A DNA stretch of 64,000 nucleotides from Armatimonadota bacterium (GTDB lineage: Bacteria > Armatimonadota > HRBIN16), in assembly GCA_963677485.1 (NCBI GenBank), contig OY781964.1, positions 4,480,001-4,544,000 on the forward strand, written 5' to 3'. A model generated the notes under the pieces. That model ran no database searches. It was not told the origin of the DNA and saw nothing but the letters and a program-made list of their open reading frames with translations. The position numbers were made by a program, and so were the translations under genes. This document shows positions 1-10,619 of this stretch, one piece after another (the first letter of the stretch is position 1; every line of letters starts with the position of its first letter).

Positions 1-153
1 AGAGGCCACTAGTCTCATCTGCGCTTGGTGACCGTCTTATGGTGTGCCTTGCAGCTGTTATTTACGATGTAGATAACACCTGCAAGGCACATTCGTCTAG
101 TGTTGTAAATACCCTGCCCGTCACTGGAGTGGTGCTTCATGGGAGTGAACTGG

Positions 154-1093
154 ATGCGTAGAAGCTGTGTTTTGTGTTGTGCTATAGTGGCGATATCGGG
201 CTTGATGTTTAGTTTGTCCGTACATGCTGCCCCAACTGCTACGCGGGAAGTCGTAAAAGGCATCAGCACCGAACGCGTGGTTGAGGGGGAGCCTTATAGA
301 ATTGCCGGAAAGCGCGTGGTGTTTGATAACTGGTTCTATATTCAACCAGGGGATTTAGACTGGCATCGGCAGGCGGGCGATCGGGAGAAGTGAGAGCAGT
401 GATTTCCGCTCCTTTCCGCCATCCAAATGCTTGATCGAACCCACACCAGATATGCTGCCGTCCGAGGTGCTCTACACCAACTGCTACACCACGATTCCTG
501 GCGCTCCAGATAATCACCTGATGTTTCCGACCATCTGGAACGCCTCGATCGACGACACTACCCGCGTTGGGTTCCTCTCGAGCCATGATGGTCAGATCTG
601 GCATTGGGTGCCGGGTGGGCAGTTGATCGATACCCAGCCGTTTGGCCAATGGAATGGGGGATGTGTCTGGGTGATGCCCAACCTGGTTGAGTTTCCAAAC
701 GGGGACTGGGCGTTACTGTATATGGGGCACAACATCCCGCATAAATACCCGCGGGGTATCCGGCAGGGCGGCGTTGGGTATGCCGTCTGGCCCAAGGGGC
801 GCCTTGTGGCAGTGGAGGCGCAAGACCAGGGGGAGTTCACGATGATTGCGATGATACCCCCCGGGCGGAAACTGAAGATCAATGCGGTCACGCGTCGGTC
901 AGGCAGCGTGCTGGTGGAGGTGGCTGGTAAAAACGGCCGCAGCTTCGTGGAATGCAAGCCGATCGTGGGCGACCATATGTGGAGCACGGTCAGTTGGAAG
1001 GGTGTAGATGATATGGGCAACGAACCAGGACAGGCGATCACACTGAAGTTCAAACTCAACATCGCGAGTATTTACGGGCTGGAGTTTGAGTGA
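154..1093 (+). pseudogene. Secreted beta-propeller glycoside-hydrolase-like gene with an internal deletion and frame change
   Basis: The signal-peptide N-terminus (MRRSCVL...AHA-type cleavage, ...QPGDLDW) is in one frame. A second frame, open from about 359 (GIGRRAIGRSESSDFRSFPPS...), continues into ORF 431..1093 with SSHDGQIWHW and a typical C-terminal beta-sandwich. Confidence 0.6.
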
Positions 1094-1174
1094 GTATGTA
1101 GTTTTATTCAGCAGCACCGGAGTAAACTTTATATAGTTTAGCGCTGAGTTTGCGCAGTAGATGCAGGTTAATAC

Positions 1175-2524
1175 ATGAAATGGTCCCCATCAGCTTTGGC
1201 AGCACTCGTGATAGGTGTGTTGGTATTTTGGATATCTAACGCAGGATACTCTGCCACCGTTGCGGAACGCACTCAGATCGCCACTGAGTTCATTACGCAG
1301 CTCACGAATGGTGAGTTCACACAGGCAGTGGAGCGGTTTGATCCCAAGATGAAAGAAGTGGCGCCAGCCGATGGTATTAAGAAGGTCTGGAACACCTTGG
1401 TTGAGCAGTGTGGTCCATTTCTGGGCACAGGGGCCACCAACCCAGCACACGAAAATGGGTTTGATGCGATTCTAGTCACATGCCGGTTTCAAAAGGCCAC
1501 CCTTACCGCCAGCGTGGTATTTGACAACAAACTGCAGATTAACGGATTGTGGTTCCGGCCGTATACCGATCCTGCTGCTGCGAAATATTCTCCACCATCA
1601 TATGTCAAACCCGCCAACTTCAGCGAACAGGAGATGACTGTCGGAAGTGGCGAATGGAAACTTCCCGCCACACTGAGTATTCCCAAAGGTAAAGGACCAT
1701 TCCCAGCCGTCGTGTTGGTGCATGGCTCGGGGGCTCAAGATCGTGATGAGACCATCGGCCCCAATAAGCCTTTCCGCGACATAGCACAGGGGTTGGCATC
1801 CCAGGGTATCGCGGTGTTGCGTTACGAAAAGCGAACCAAAGCCCACGGAGTTCAAATGGCCAAGCAAGGCGTCAAGATCACCGTCAAAGAAGAGGTGACC
1901 GATGACGTCCTATTGGCGGTGAAGCTGCTGCGAACCACCAATAGGATCAATCCAAAGAAAGTGTTTGTACTTGGACACAGCATGGGTGGTATGCTGTTGC
2001 CCAGAATCGGCAAGGCTGACCTTCAGATAACCGGATTAATCTCACTGGCCGGCCCATCGCGGCCGCTTGAAGACTTAGTCATTGAGCAAGTCGGCTACCT
2101 TGCTTCGCTTGATGGCAAGCCATCTCCGGAGACTCAGAAGAAGCTGGATGAAATCAAAGCGGATGTTGCCAAAATCAAGGCTTTGCGGGCGAATACCTCA
2201 CTGCCTGAAGGTCTGTTGATCAACGCTCCAGCAACATACTGGCTTGATCTCAACCAATACAAACAAGCTGAAGTGGCTAAGTCATTGAAGATGCCGATGC
2301 TGTTTATTCAGGGAGGGCGTGATTATCAGGTCACACGCGCTGACCTGGACGGCTGGATGGCAGCACTCAAGGGCAAGAAGACGGCCACATTCAAGTATTA
2401 CCCCCAGCTCAACCACCTGATGCAAGATGGTGTTGGCAAGAGCAAGCCTTCTGAGTATGATCAGCGAAAACCGGTCAACCAGCAGGTTCTCGGTGACATC
2501 GCAAACTGGGTGAAGCAGCACTGA
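1175..2524 (+). CDS. Alpha/beta hydrolase with N-terminal DUF3887-like domain
   Basis: Signal peptide, HGSG oxyanion motif, GHSMG nucleophile elbow, GGRDYQV and NHL catalytic Asp/His. Confidence 0.85.
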   Translation: MKWSPSALAALVIGVLVFWISNAGYSATVAERTQIATEFITQLTNGEFTQAVERFDPKMKEVAPADGIKKVWNTLVEQCGPFLGTGATNPAHENGFDAILVTCRFQKATLTASVVFDNKLQINGLWFRPYTDPAAAKYSPPSYVKPANFSEQEMTVGSGEWKLPATLSIPKGKGPFPAVVLVHGSGAQDRDETIGPNKPFRDIAQGLASQGIAVLRYEKRTKAHGVQMAKQGVKITVKEEVTDDVLLAVKLLRTTNRINPKKVFVLGHSMGGMLLPRIGKADLQITGLISLAGPSRPLEDLVIEQVGYLASLDGKPSPETQKKLDEIKADVAKIKALRANTSLPEGLLINAPATYWLDLNQYKQAEVAKSLKMPMLFIQGGRDYQVTRADLDGWMAALKGKKTATFKYYPQLNHLMQDGVGKSKPSEYDQRKPVNQQVLGDIANWVKQH

Positions 2525-2572
2525 GTATTGATGTGCTGGCAGATTTCGGCTACATGAACAGGAGAGACCCTA

Positions 2573-4534
2573 ATGCCAAATATAACCTGGCACGATCAAG
2601 TGTTTTTTGGACTGCATTTTGACTTGCACGCCGGAGCCGGTGACCACGAGCTGGGTAAATCACTCACTCATGATCACCTGAGAGCGATGTTGACTAAAAT
2701 CAACCCGGACTGGGTGCAGTGTGACTGCAAGGGACATGCGGGATACACAAGCTGGCCTACCAAGGTGGGAAGCACGTCGCCAGGTGTGGTTAAGGATTCC
2801 TTGCGGATATATCGCAACGTGACCAAAGAACTGGGTCTGCCGTTAGTGATGCACTATTCGGGGGTTTGGGATGCTCGGGCCGTGGAGCTGCATCCGGAAT
2901 GGCGAAGCATCAAAAGTGACGGGACACCGTCTGGTATGACATGTAACCTCAGTGCCTACACTGACGAACTGATGATTCCTCAGATGATCGAGTTGATCGA
3001 TAACTACGATGTCGATGGCTTCTGGGTGGATGGCGACATGTGGGCCTGTTTGCACTGTTACTGTGATAAGTGCAAATCGGAATTTACCCGGCGCACTGGT
3101 ATGACTGAGTATCCGATTGACAACAGCGAACCTAACTGGGATGTGTGGTCGGACTTCCACCGCACGATATTCGTGGAGCATGTGCGGAAATACACAGATG
3201 CTGTACACATGAGGAAGCCCGGGTGTACCGTCTGCAGCAACTGGATGTATACAGTGGGGCATCCTGACGCGGTCAGTGTGGATGTGGACTACCTCAGCGG
3301 TGACTTTGCCCATGTATGGGGGACTGAAGCATCCTCGATAGAGGGCCGGTTCATTGCCAGCCGCAAAATGTCGTGGGACCTGATGGCGTGGGGATTTACC
3401 ACGGCTGAAAACAAAATGGGTGGCTGGACGTTTAAAACTGCCGCCCATCTGTGTCAGGAGATATCATCAATCATGGCACTGTCGGGAGCCGTGTCGATAT
3501 ATGACCAACCCCAGCGATGCGGATATCACACCGACTGGCACACCGATATATTAGCCGATGTGGCCCGATTCGCCACGGCAAGACAGCCGTGGTGTCAGGA
3601 TACTACCTCAGTACCGCAAGCGGTGATCGTACATTGCCCTGAGCATCTCTACGCTGGAAGCCCCAATATGTTGATGCCAGTCTTTGGCGAGGTTCGAGAT
3701 CCGTTACTCGGTGCGCTTCACGCCTTGCTGGAGAACCACGTGAGCGTAGACATCGTGCGTCCAGACGACCTGATTTATTCACTGTGCGATTACAAACTCG
3801 TGGTCATTCCTGAACAAACCAGACTCAGCGATAGCTTCAAGACGGCTGTACGCATGTATGTCCAACAAGGCGGTAAAGTGATAGCCACTGGCGTGAGTGT
3901 GTCGTCTGACATGGCAGAGTTAGCGGGGGTCATGGCCGACGGAGAGCCGCGAGATGAGTATCTCTATCTACAGGTGGGACGCGAAGCCACAGCACTCAAA
4001 GGTCCATATCAGCCTGTTTCCCTGACCACCGGACAATGCGTGAAGAAGGTGATGAATGAAAACCAGCCAGGGTTGAACGACACCGATATCCCGGCTATCA
4101 CAGTAAACGCCATAGGAGCCGGTCAGTTCCTGGCTATTCACTGCCCAATATTCACGAACTACCGAGCCACGCATTACCCAAGAACACGCCAGCTAATCGG
4201 TGAAATACTACACATGATGAACCCAGGGTTCACTGTCACTGCGGTGGCACCAGCAAGACTGTATCTCGTGCTTCGGCAGAGGCCTGGCTATATGATAATA
4301 CACCTGCTGAACAACGGCACTACGCATCCTATGTCACCGAGCCAGGTAATGGTTGAAGACGTACCGCCATTGGGGCCGGTATCACTTGCGGTCAAGTGCC
4401 CACTGCCACCTAAGCATGTGACTCTTCGTCCTGGCTGCGAGGGTCTCGTCTGGAGTTGGCGCGAGGGCGTTCTGACTGTAGACATACAGAGTGTCGGAAT
4501 CTTTGATTCGGTCGTGATTGCGCTTGACGAATGA
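2573..4534 (+). CDS. Glycoside hydrolase (GHL6/alpha-L-fucosidase-like TIM barrel plus GH42 trimerisation-like domain)
   Basis: GLHFDLH, DCKGHAG, YDVDGFWVDG motifs; AGGAG RBS. Confidence 0.65.
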   Translation: MPNITWHDQVFFGLHFDLHAGAGDHELGKSLTHDHLRAMLTKINPDWVQCDCKGHAGYTSWPTKVGSTSPGVVKDSLRIYRNVTKELGLPLVMHYSGVWDARAVELHPEWRSIKSDGTPSGMTCNLSAYTDELMIPQMIELIDNYDVDGFWVDGDMWACLHCYCDKCKSEFTRRTGMTEYPIDNSEPNWDVWSDFHRTIFVEHVRKYTDAVHMRKPGCTVCSNWMYTVGHPDAVSVDVDYLSGDFAHVWGTEASSIEGRFIASRKMSWDLMAWGFTTAENKMGGWTFKTAAHLCQEISSIMALSGAVSIYDQPQRCGYHTDWHTDILADVARFATARQPWCQDTTSVPQAVIVHCPEHLYAGSPNMLMPVFGEVRDPLLGALHALLENHVSVDIVRPDDLIYSLCDYKLVVIPEQTRLSDSFKTAVRMYVQQGGKVIATGVSVSSDMAELAGVMADGEPRDEYLYLQVGREATALKGPYQPVSLTTGQCVKKVMNENQPGLNDTDIPAITVNAIGAGQFLAIHCPIFTNYRATHYPRTRQLIGEILHMMNPGFTVTAVAPARLYLVLRQRPGYMIIHLLNNGTTHPMSPSQVMVEDVPPLGPVSLAVKCPLPPKHVTLRPGCEGLVWSWREGVLTVDIQSVGIFDSVVIALDE

Positions 4535-4607
4535 CCGTCCGAAGTGTGTCGCAGTCCGCTGCAGTGTGGCGGTATTTGTATCTGTGTAGTTTGACGACGC
4601 CATGAAT

Positions 4608-4643
4608 CAAAGGGCCCGGATCGGCATCGATCCGGGCCCTTTG
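4608..4643. terminator. Bidirectional intrinsic terminator
   Basis: Perfect 16-bp stem CAAAGGGCCCGGATCG/CGATCCGGGCCCTTTG between convergent genes. Confidence 0.8.
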
Positions 4644-4663
4644 TTTATCTATTGTGAAAGGGT

Positions 4664-6252
<1,589 letters not shown>

Positions 6253-6278
6253 TGTTGCTACGTCCACATAGCTGTGTC

Positions 6279-6307
6279 AATATAGCAGAGTGAAGTATAA
6301 AAGTCAA
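6279..6307 (-). promoter_or_regulatory. Sigma70-type promoter of gdhA
   Basis: TTGACT-N17-TATATT on the minus strand. Confidence 0.6.
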
Positions 6308-6622
6308 GATTACCGATGTGTTTATAGGAGCTGGTTCGGCTAAGCGGCATTGTCATGGAAGCTCGCGAGCTTTTTGTCTCATGATGTTATGGTTATAGTT
6401 GGTCACCACCATAGGTTTCATGACTTGTCGTACAGGTAGTATTACCGGGATTTGTCGCAGGCCGGGACTACAGGCGACAAAGGCAGTTATGGCCGGGTAT
6501 AATTCCAACATATCTTCATCAACTGTATAGAATCATGCATCATAGTGGTAGTTACGAATCACATAATACATGTATCACCAAGAATAGTAAGGACATACTT
6601 TACTCCAGAAAGGAGCAAGATC

Positions 6623-9484
6623 ATGATTTCCTCCAAACTATGGGTGAGAACCGCCATATTCATCACCTTTCTTTGCACTATGACCTCGGCAATACTACAC
6701 GCTACCGTCAGTATCAATGGGCGCATAGAGGTCTGGAACCCTATCAACAATACTTACGAACCTATGAAGCAAATTCGCGTTCGCGTGGTATTGGCTGAGG
6801 ACTTCGATGCCGACACACGTGATGTGGAAGCCACCACCAATGATGACGGATACTTCAGTGCCAATAAGGGAAATCCGTGGTGGCGTGATGGATACCAAGC
6901 CTACTTGATCGTGTTCGCTGAGGTGCCAAACAAACTGGAAATCCAAAGCCATTATATGCAGGTAGACGGGTACCAGGCTTTTGGACGCGGCTTCTACGCT
7001 CCCCAAGATCGCTCCACTGTATCAAACATCAAAATCGGCGGTAGCCAGGCGAATGTCGACACCTACCGTGTGGGAGGAATCGCTCTACTCGGCAACTCCG
7101 ACGGAGCGAATGCCGTCACAGGGCAGAGGGCCTTTTTCCTGTGCCAGGAGATGACTGACCACCGGCGTGCATTGATGGCGATGGCCGCTTCCGATAATGA
7201 CTTTGAGGAGAAGGAGGTCAGTTTCCCACTGGGAGTGCCCGTGGCGAACTACATGCCGATCGACTACATACGGTATCCTGACCTGTATTTCAGGAACAAC
7301 ATAGAGGCCTCTAAGGTCGCACGTCACGAGCTAAGCCATGGGATCATGGCTGATGTATATGGCTCATTGAACTGGCCGGGCTTGACCCACTACCTGACAG
7401 ATGGCCTCAACTCTAGTCACTTTGCAGCCATGCGTAACCCTGTGCCTGAGTGGGCCTGGGTCGAAGGCTGGGCGGATTTCCTGGGTGAATACACGACTGC
7501 GCGGCGGTATGGCCGAAACTTCCAGGATTACGAAACCCAAAACGCCGACTGGCGACGACGGCTGGCGGATCCTGCTCAGGACCGGTGGAATGTCGAGGGC
7601 GAAATCAGTGCAGCCTTGTGGGATATAGCAGACAGCACGGGCTTTGAGAAACGCTTGAATCAAGATTCGAGTATCCCTGGAGACGAGCAGTTCTATGACG
7701 GGATGGCAGACACGAATCTAAGCCGAATATGGACCATATTCAAGCGACATAGTCCTGACATGTTTGTACACGACGATGACGGTGGTGATGACAATCACAG
7801 TTTCATTAGCCACTGGCTGCAAGAATGGCCTTCTGACAAATATGTGCTCAAAAGCATTCTGTTCAACCGTGGGATATTCATGGGACAGGCTCCTGAGACC
7901 CCACCGACAATAGCCCTTGATCCGCCAACGATAGACGGCAACGTCGCCCGTGTCCGATGCCGTATCACGGAAGCTGATCCTGAAGACCGCGACAATATCT
8001 GGGTGCAGGTTTTCGTGAACGGGATGAGCAGGGAGCGGTTCCGGCTTGCCGAGGCTTGGAACGGCGACAGCAGCGAATATACATACGAACATACGAACCT
8101 GCAGTTGTCAGCTTCTGGCCGCACGCCTGCTCCGCCGTCGATAATGGTTGCCGTTGATGATGGCATGTTGTCGGCTTCTGCGACATGCAGCCTCGACAGG
8201 CAGCCGGATGCCACTACTGTGAGTGGACTAGAAATCTACCTGCTCAGCGTGCGGATTTATAACTCGGTGAGAAGTATGTCTAGCCTAGGTGCTGCCAATG
8301 AGATGCGGCTTGTGTTCCAACAAGGGAAGGCAGGGCCAGAGATGACGGTACCTCAGGAAGGGCGGTGGAAGGTGCCTGTAGTAGGCGAATTTGTCTATGA
8401 CACGCCTGTGCTTCTCGCGAGTATTGCAGATACCTCATCGGTATCATTTACTTTGGGGATAGAGGGCGCATCAGGCTCGAAGGAGAAGCTAAGCAAGGAT
8501 CTTCAGAGTCTGGGGAGCATCCGGCACAGCTTTACCGAAGCTGACGATATGGGCATCGGTGAGCATAAGGTGAGCATACCAATGCCAGGCGACTTTAGTG
8601 CCGATGTGGTTTATTCCATTACTCCCCCTGCGAATAACCTGTTGCCCATCAGCCTCTCTGGCATCAACCTGGTTCAAGCTCACAACCGCGCACCCATGGT
8701 ATCGCTGGTGGAACTGACCAAAGAACAGCGGGTGATGCTGGCGGAACCGAAAAAACAACGACCTGCTGCCACTCTATTACTCGATAAATCTAGCAGTGTA
8801 CTATCGAGGTATGCACGGCTGCAATCGGATATCCTCGAGTGTGAGCAAGACCTTGAGAGCAAGATGGGCCGACAGAACGCTGACAGCAAACTCAAATCGG
8901 AGAAGGTTACGGCCCAGGAGCCGATTAAGTTCACCCCCAAGCTACAGTCACTGAAACCTATGCTCCGCAGCGATGTGGAGATCATCGACCTGCCATCTGT
9001 AATATTCTTGGATCAGGACCATAAAGCGGGTGGATTGATTGACGCTGTGCCAGCCAAAGGACAGCCCAGGCTACAGGAGATGCAACAGAGCCTTACCGAT
9101 CTCCAAAAAGAGATGGATGCGCTGCGTGGAGAGGCGCAGCAGCTTCGCGAGGCCATGCTGATTGAAGTGGAGAATCTCAGCACACCAGACAAGGTAGATA
9201 ATACGGCCAGGGAGGGTCTGCAGCTTAAACTTCAGGACATGATCAAGCGGATTGATGAGATGCTACCCTCCATTGATGCATGGGTGCCCATCATCACCAA
9301 ACAGTCGGACATGCTGCAATATGGCTTGACCCTGCCAGTGATCGGCGATCCGGTTATCGGCAAACCGGTGATTGATGTCATCCAGCCGGACGACAATCAA
9401 CCTAAAATCAAACCAAAACAGAAGCCGCTGAAAGGTGACGATCCTATAGACATACTTCCAGATGTTCGTAAGATCAAGGAGTAA
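6623..9484 (+). CDS. Large secreted gluzincin-like metallopeptidase with C-terminal coiled coil
   Basis: AAGGAG RBS, signal peptide, HELSH followed by WVEGWADF, helical Q/E/L-rich C-terminus, PVI repeats at the tail. Confidence 0.55.
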   Translation: MISSKLWVRTAIFITFLCTMTSAILHATVSINGRIEVWNPINNTYEPMKQIRVRVVLAEDFDADTRDVEATTNDDGYFSANKGNPWWRDGYQAYLIVFAEVPNKLEIQSHYMQVDGYQAFGRGFYAPQDRSTVSNIKIGGSQANVDTYRVGGIALLGNSDGANAVTGQRAFFLCQEMTDHRRALMAMAASDNDFEEKEVSFPLGVPVANYMPIDYIRYPDLYFRNNIEASKVARHELSHGIMADVYGSLNWPGLTHYLTDGLNSSHFAAMRNPVPEWAWVEGWADFLGEYTTARRYGRNFQDYETQNADWRRRLADPAQDRWNVEGEISAALWDIADSTGFEKRLNQDSSIPGDEQFYDGMADTNLSRIWTIFKRHSPDMFVHDDDGGDDNHSFISHWLQEWPSDKYVLKSILFNRGIFMGQAPETPPTIALDPPTIDGNVARVRCRITEADPEDRDNIWVQVFVNGMSRERFRLAEAWNGDSSEYTYEHTNLQLSASGRTPAPPSIMVAVDDGMLSASATCSLDRQPDATTVSGLEIYLLSVRIYNSVRSMSSLGAANEMRLVFQQGKAGPEMTVPQEGRWKVPVVGEFVYDTPVLLASIADTSSVSFTLGIEGASGSKEKLSKDLQSLGSIRHSFTEADDMGIGEHKVSIPMPGDFSADVVYSITPPANNLLPISLSGINLVQAHNRAPMVSLVELTKEQRVMLAEPKKQRPAATLLLDKSSSVLSRYARLQSDILECEQDLESKMGRQNADSKLKSEKVTAQEPIKFTPKLQSLKPMLRSDVEIIDLPSVIFLDQDHKAGGLIDAVPAKGQPRLQEMQQSLTDLQKEMDALRGEAQQLREAMLIEVENLSTPDKVDNTAREGLQLKLQDMIKRIDEMLPSIDAWVPIITKQSDMLQYGLTLPVIGDPVIGKPVIDVIQPDDNQPKIKPKQKPLKGDDPIDILPDVRKIKE

Positions 9485-9499
9485 GTCGCAGCCGTAATG

Positions 9500-9543
9500 A
9501 CCGATGGCCTCAGATTTAGGTATCTGAGGCCATCGGTTGTTTT
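9500..9543 (+). terminator. Intrinsic terminator
   Basis: 16-bp perfect stem ACCGATGGCCTCAGAT/ATCTGAGGCCATCGGT followed by TGTTTT. Confidence 0.75.
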
Positions 9544-9640
9544 GGCGGCAACCGGACTACTTTCCCCGGGTATAATTAGGTGTGGTAAGTCGTTTTATTA
9601 ATAACCAATGCCATCACTATGAAATCCCAGGGGGCTGATC

Positions 9641-10492
9641 ATGTCTGCACGTCATATCGCAAGTGTCACGGACGCTATCCCGACCATTGAGGGAGCAGGG
9701 GTTCATCTGAAACGCGCTCTTGGGTATTACGATGTACCCCGATTTGACCCGTTTTTGATGCTTGATGATTTCCATACCTCAATTCCTCAGGAATACCTGC
9801 CGGGATTTCCATGGCACCCGCACCGCGGAATAGAGACCGTCACCTATGTGATCGAGGGCATTGTTGAGCACGGCGACAGCATGGAAAACAGCGGTGTGAT
9901 AGGTGCAGGCGATGTGCAGTGGATGACAGCCGGCAGCGGGATCATACACCAAGAGATGCCTAAAATCAGTCCGACTGGCATGTTGTGGGGTATTCAACTA
10001 TGGTGCAATCTGCCAGCAGCTCACAAGATGATGCCGCCTCGTTACCGCGATGTGAAAGCCAACACAATACCAACATCCTATCTGGCTCCTGGTGTCAGTG
10101 TGAAAGTGATTTCAGGAGTGATTGGCGGTGTGACTGGTCCTGTGCAAGATATCGTCACTTCTCCAACCGTGCTTGATGTACAGATGACCTCAGGGTGCAT
10201 GCATGAGTTCACGGTTCCTGAAGGCCATACCGCTGTGATTTATGTGTTGAGCGGAGCAGCTACATTCGAAGATACTGTGGTCGATGCCCAAAGTGTCATA
10301 CTTTATGAACGCGCAGGGGACAGCATCAGTGTGGTCACGGGAGATCACCAGCTCCGTTTCTTATTACTGACAGGGAAGCCGCTTGAGGAGCCCGTAGCCT
10401 GGCGTGGTCCGATAGTCATGAATACCAAAGAGGAGTTACAGTTAGCCTTTGATGAGCTCAGGGACGGTAACTTCGTAAAGCCGACGGTGTAG
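9641..10492 (+). CDS. Pirin family protein
   Basis: DPFLMLD, HPHRGIETVTY, WMTAGSGIIHQE, GPIVMN motifs. Confidence 0.93.
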   Translation: MSARHIASVTDAIPTIEGAGVHLKRALGYYDVPRFDPFLMLDDFHTSIPQEYLPGFPWHPHRGIETVTYVIEGIVEHGDSMENSGVIGAGDVQWMTAGSGIIHQEMPKISPTGMLWGIQLWCNLPAAHKMMPPRYRDVKANTIPTSYLAPGVSVKVISGVIGGVTGPVQDIVTSPTVLDVQMTSGCMHEFTVPEGHTAVIYVLSGAATFEDTVVDAQSVILYERAGDSISVVTGDHQLRFLLLTGKPLEEPVAWRGPIVMNTKEELQLAFDELRDGNFVKPTV

Positions 10493-10619
10493 GTCTGTAT
10501 TCCGTCAGCTCCATAATACTCTATTGATGTCATGGATACCATCAGCATGACCAAATGGCTCTTGGAATTTCGTATACTTTCATGGAATGAATCAACTTTT
10601 GCACTTAGAGGCCTAATGA

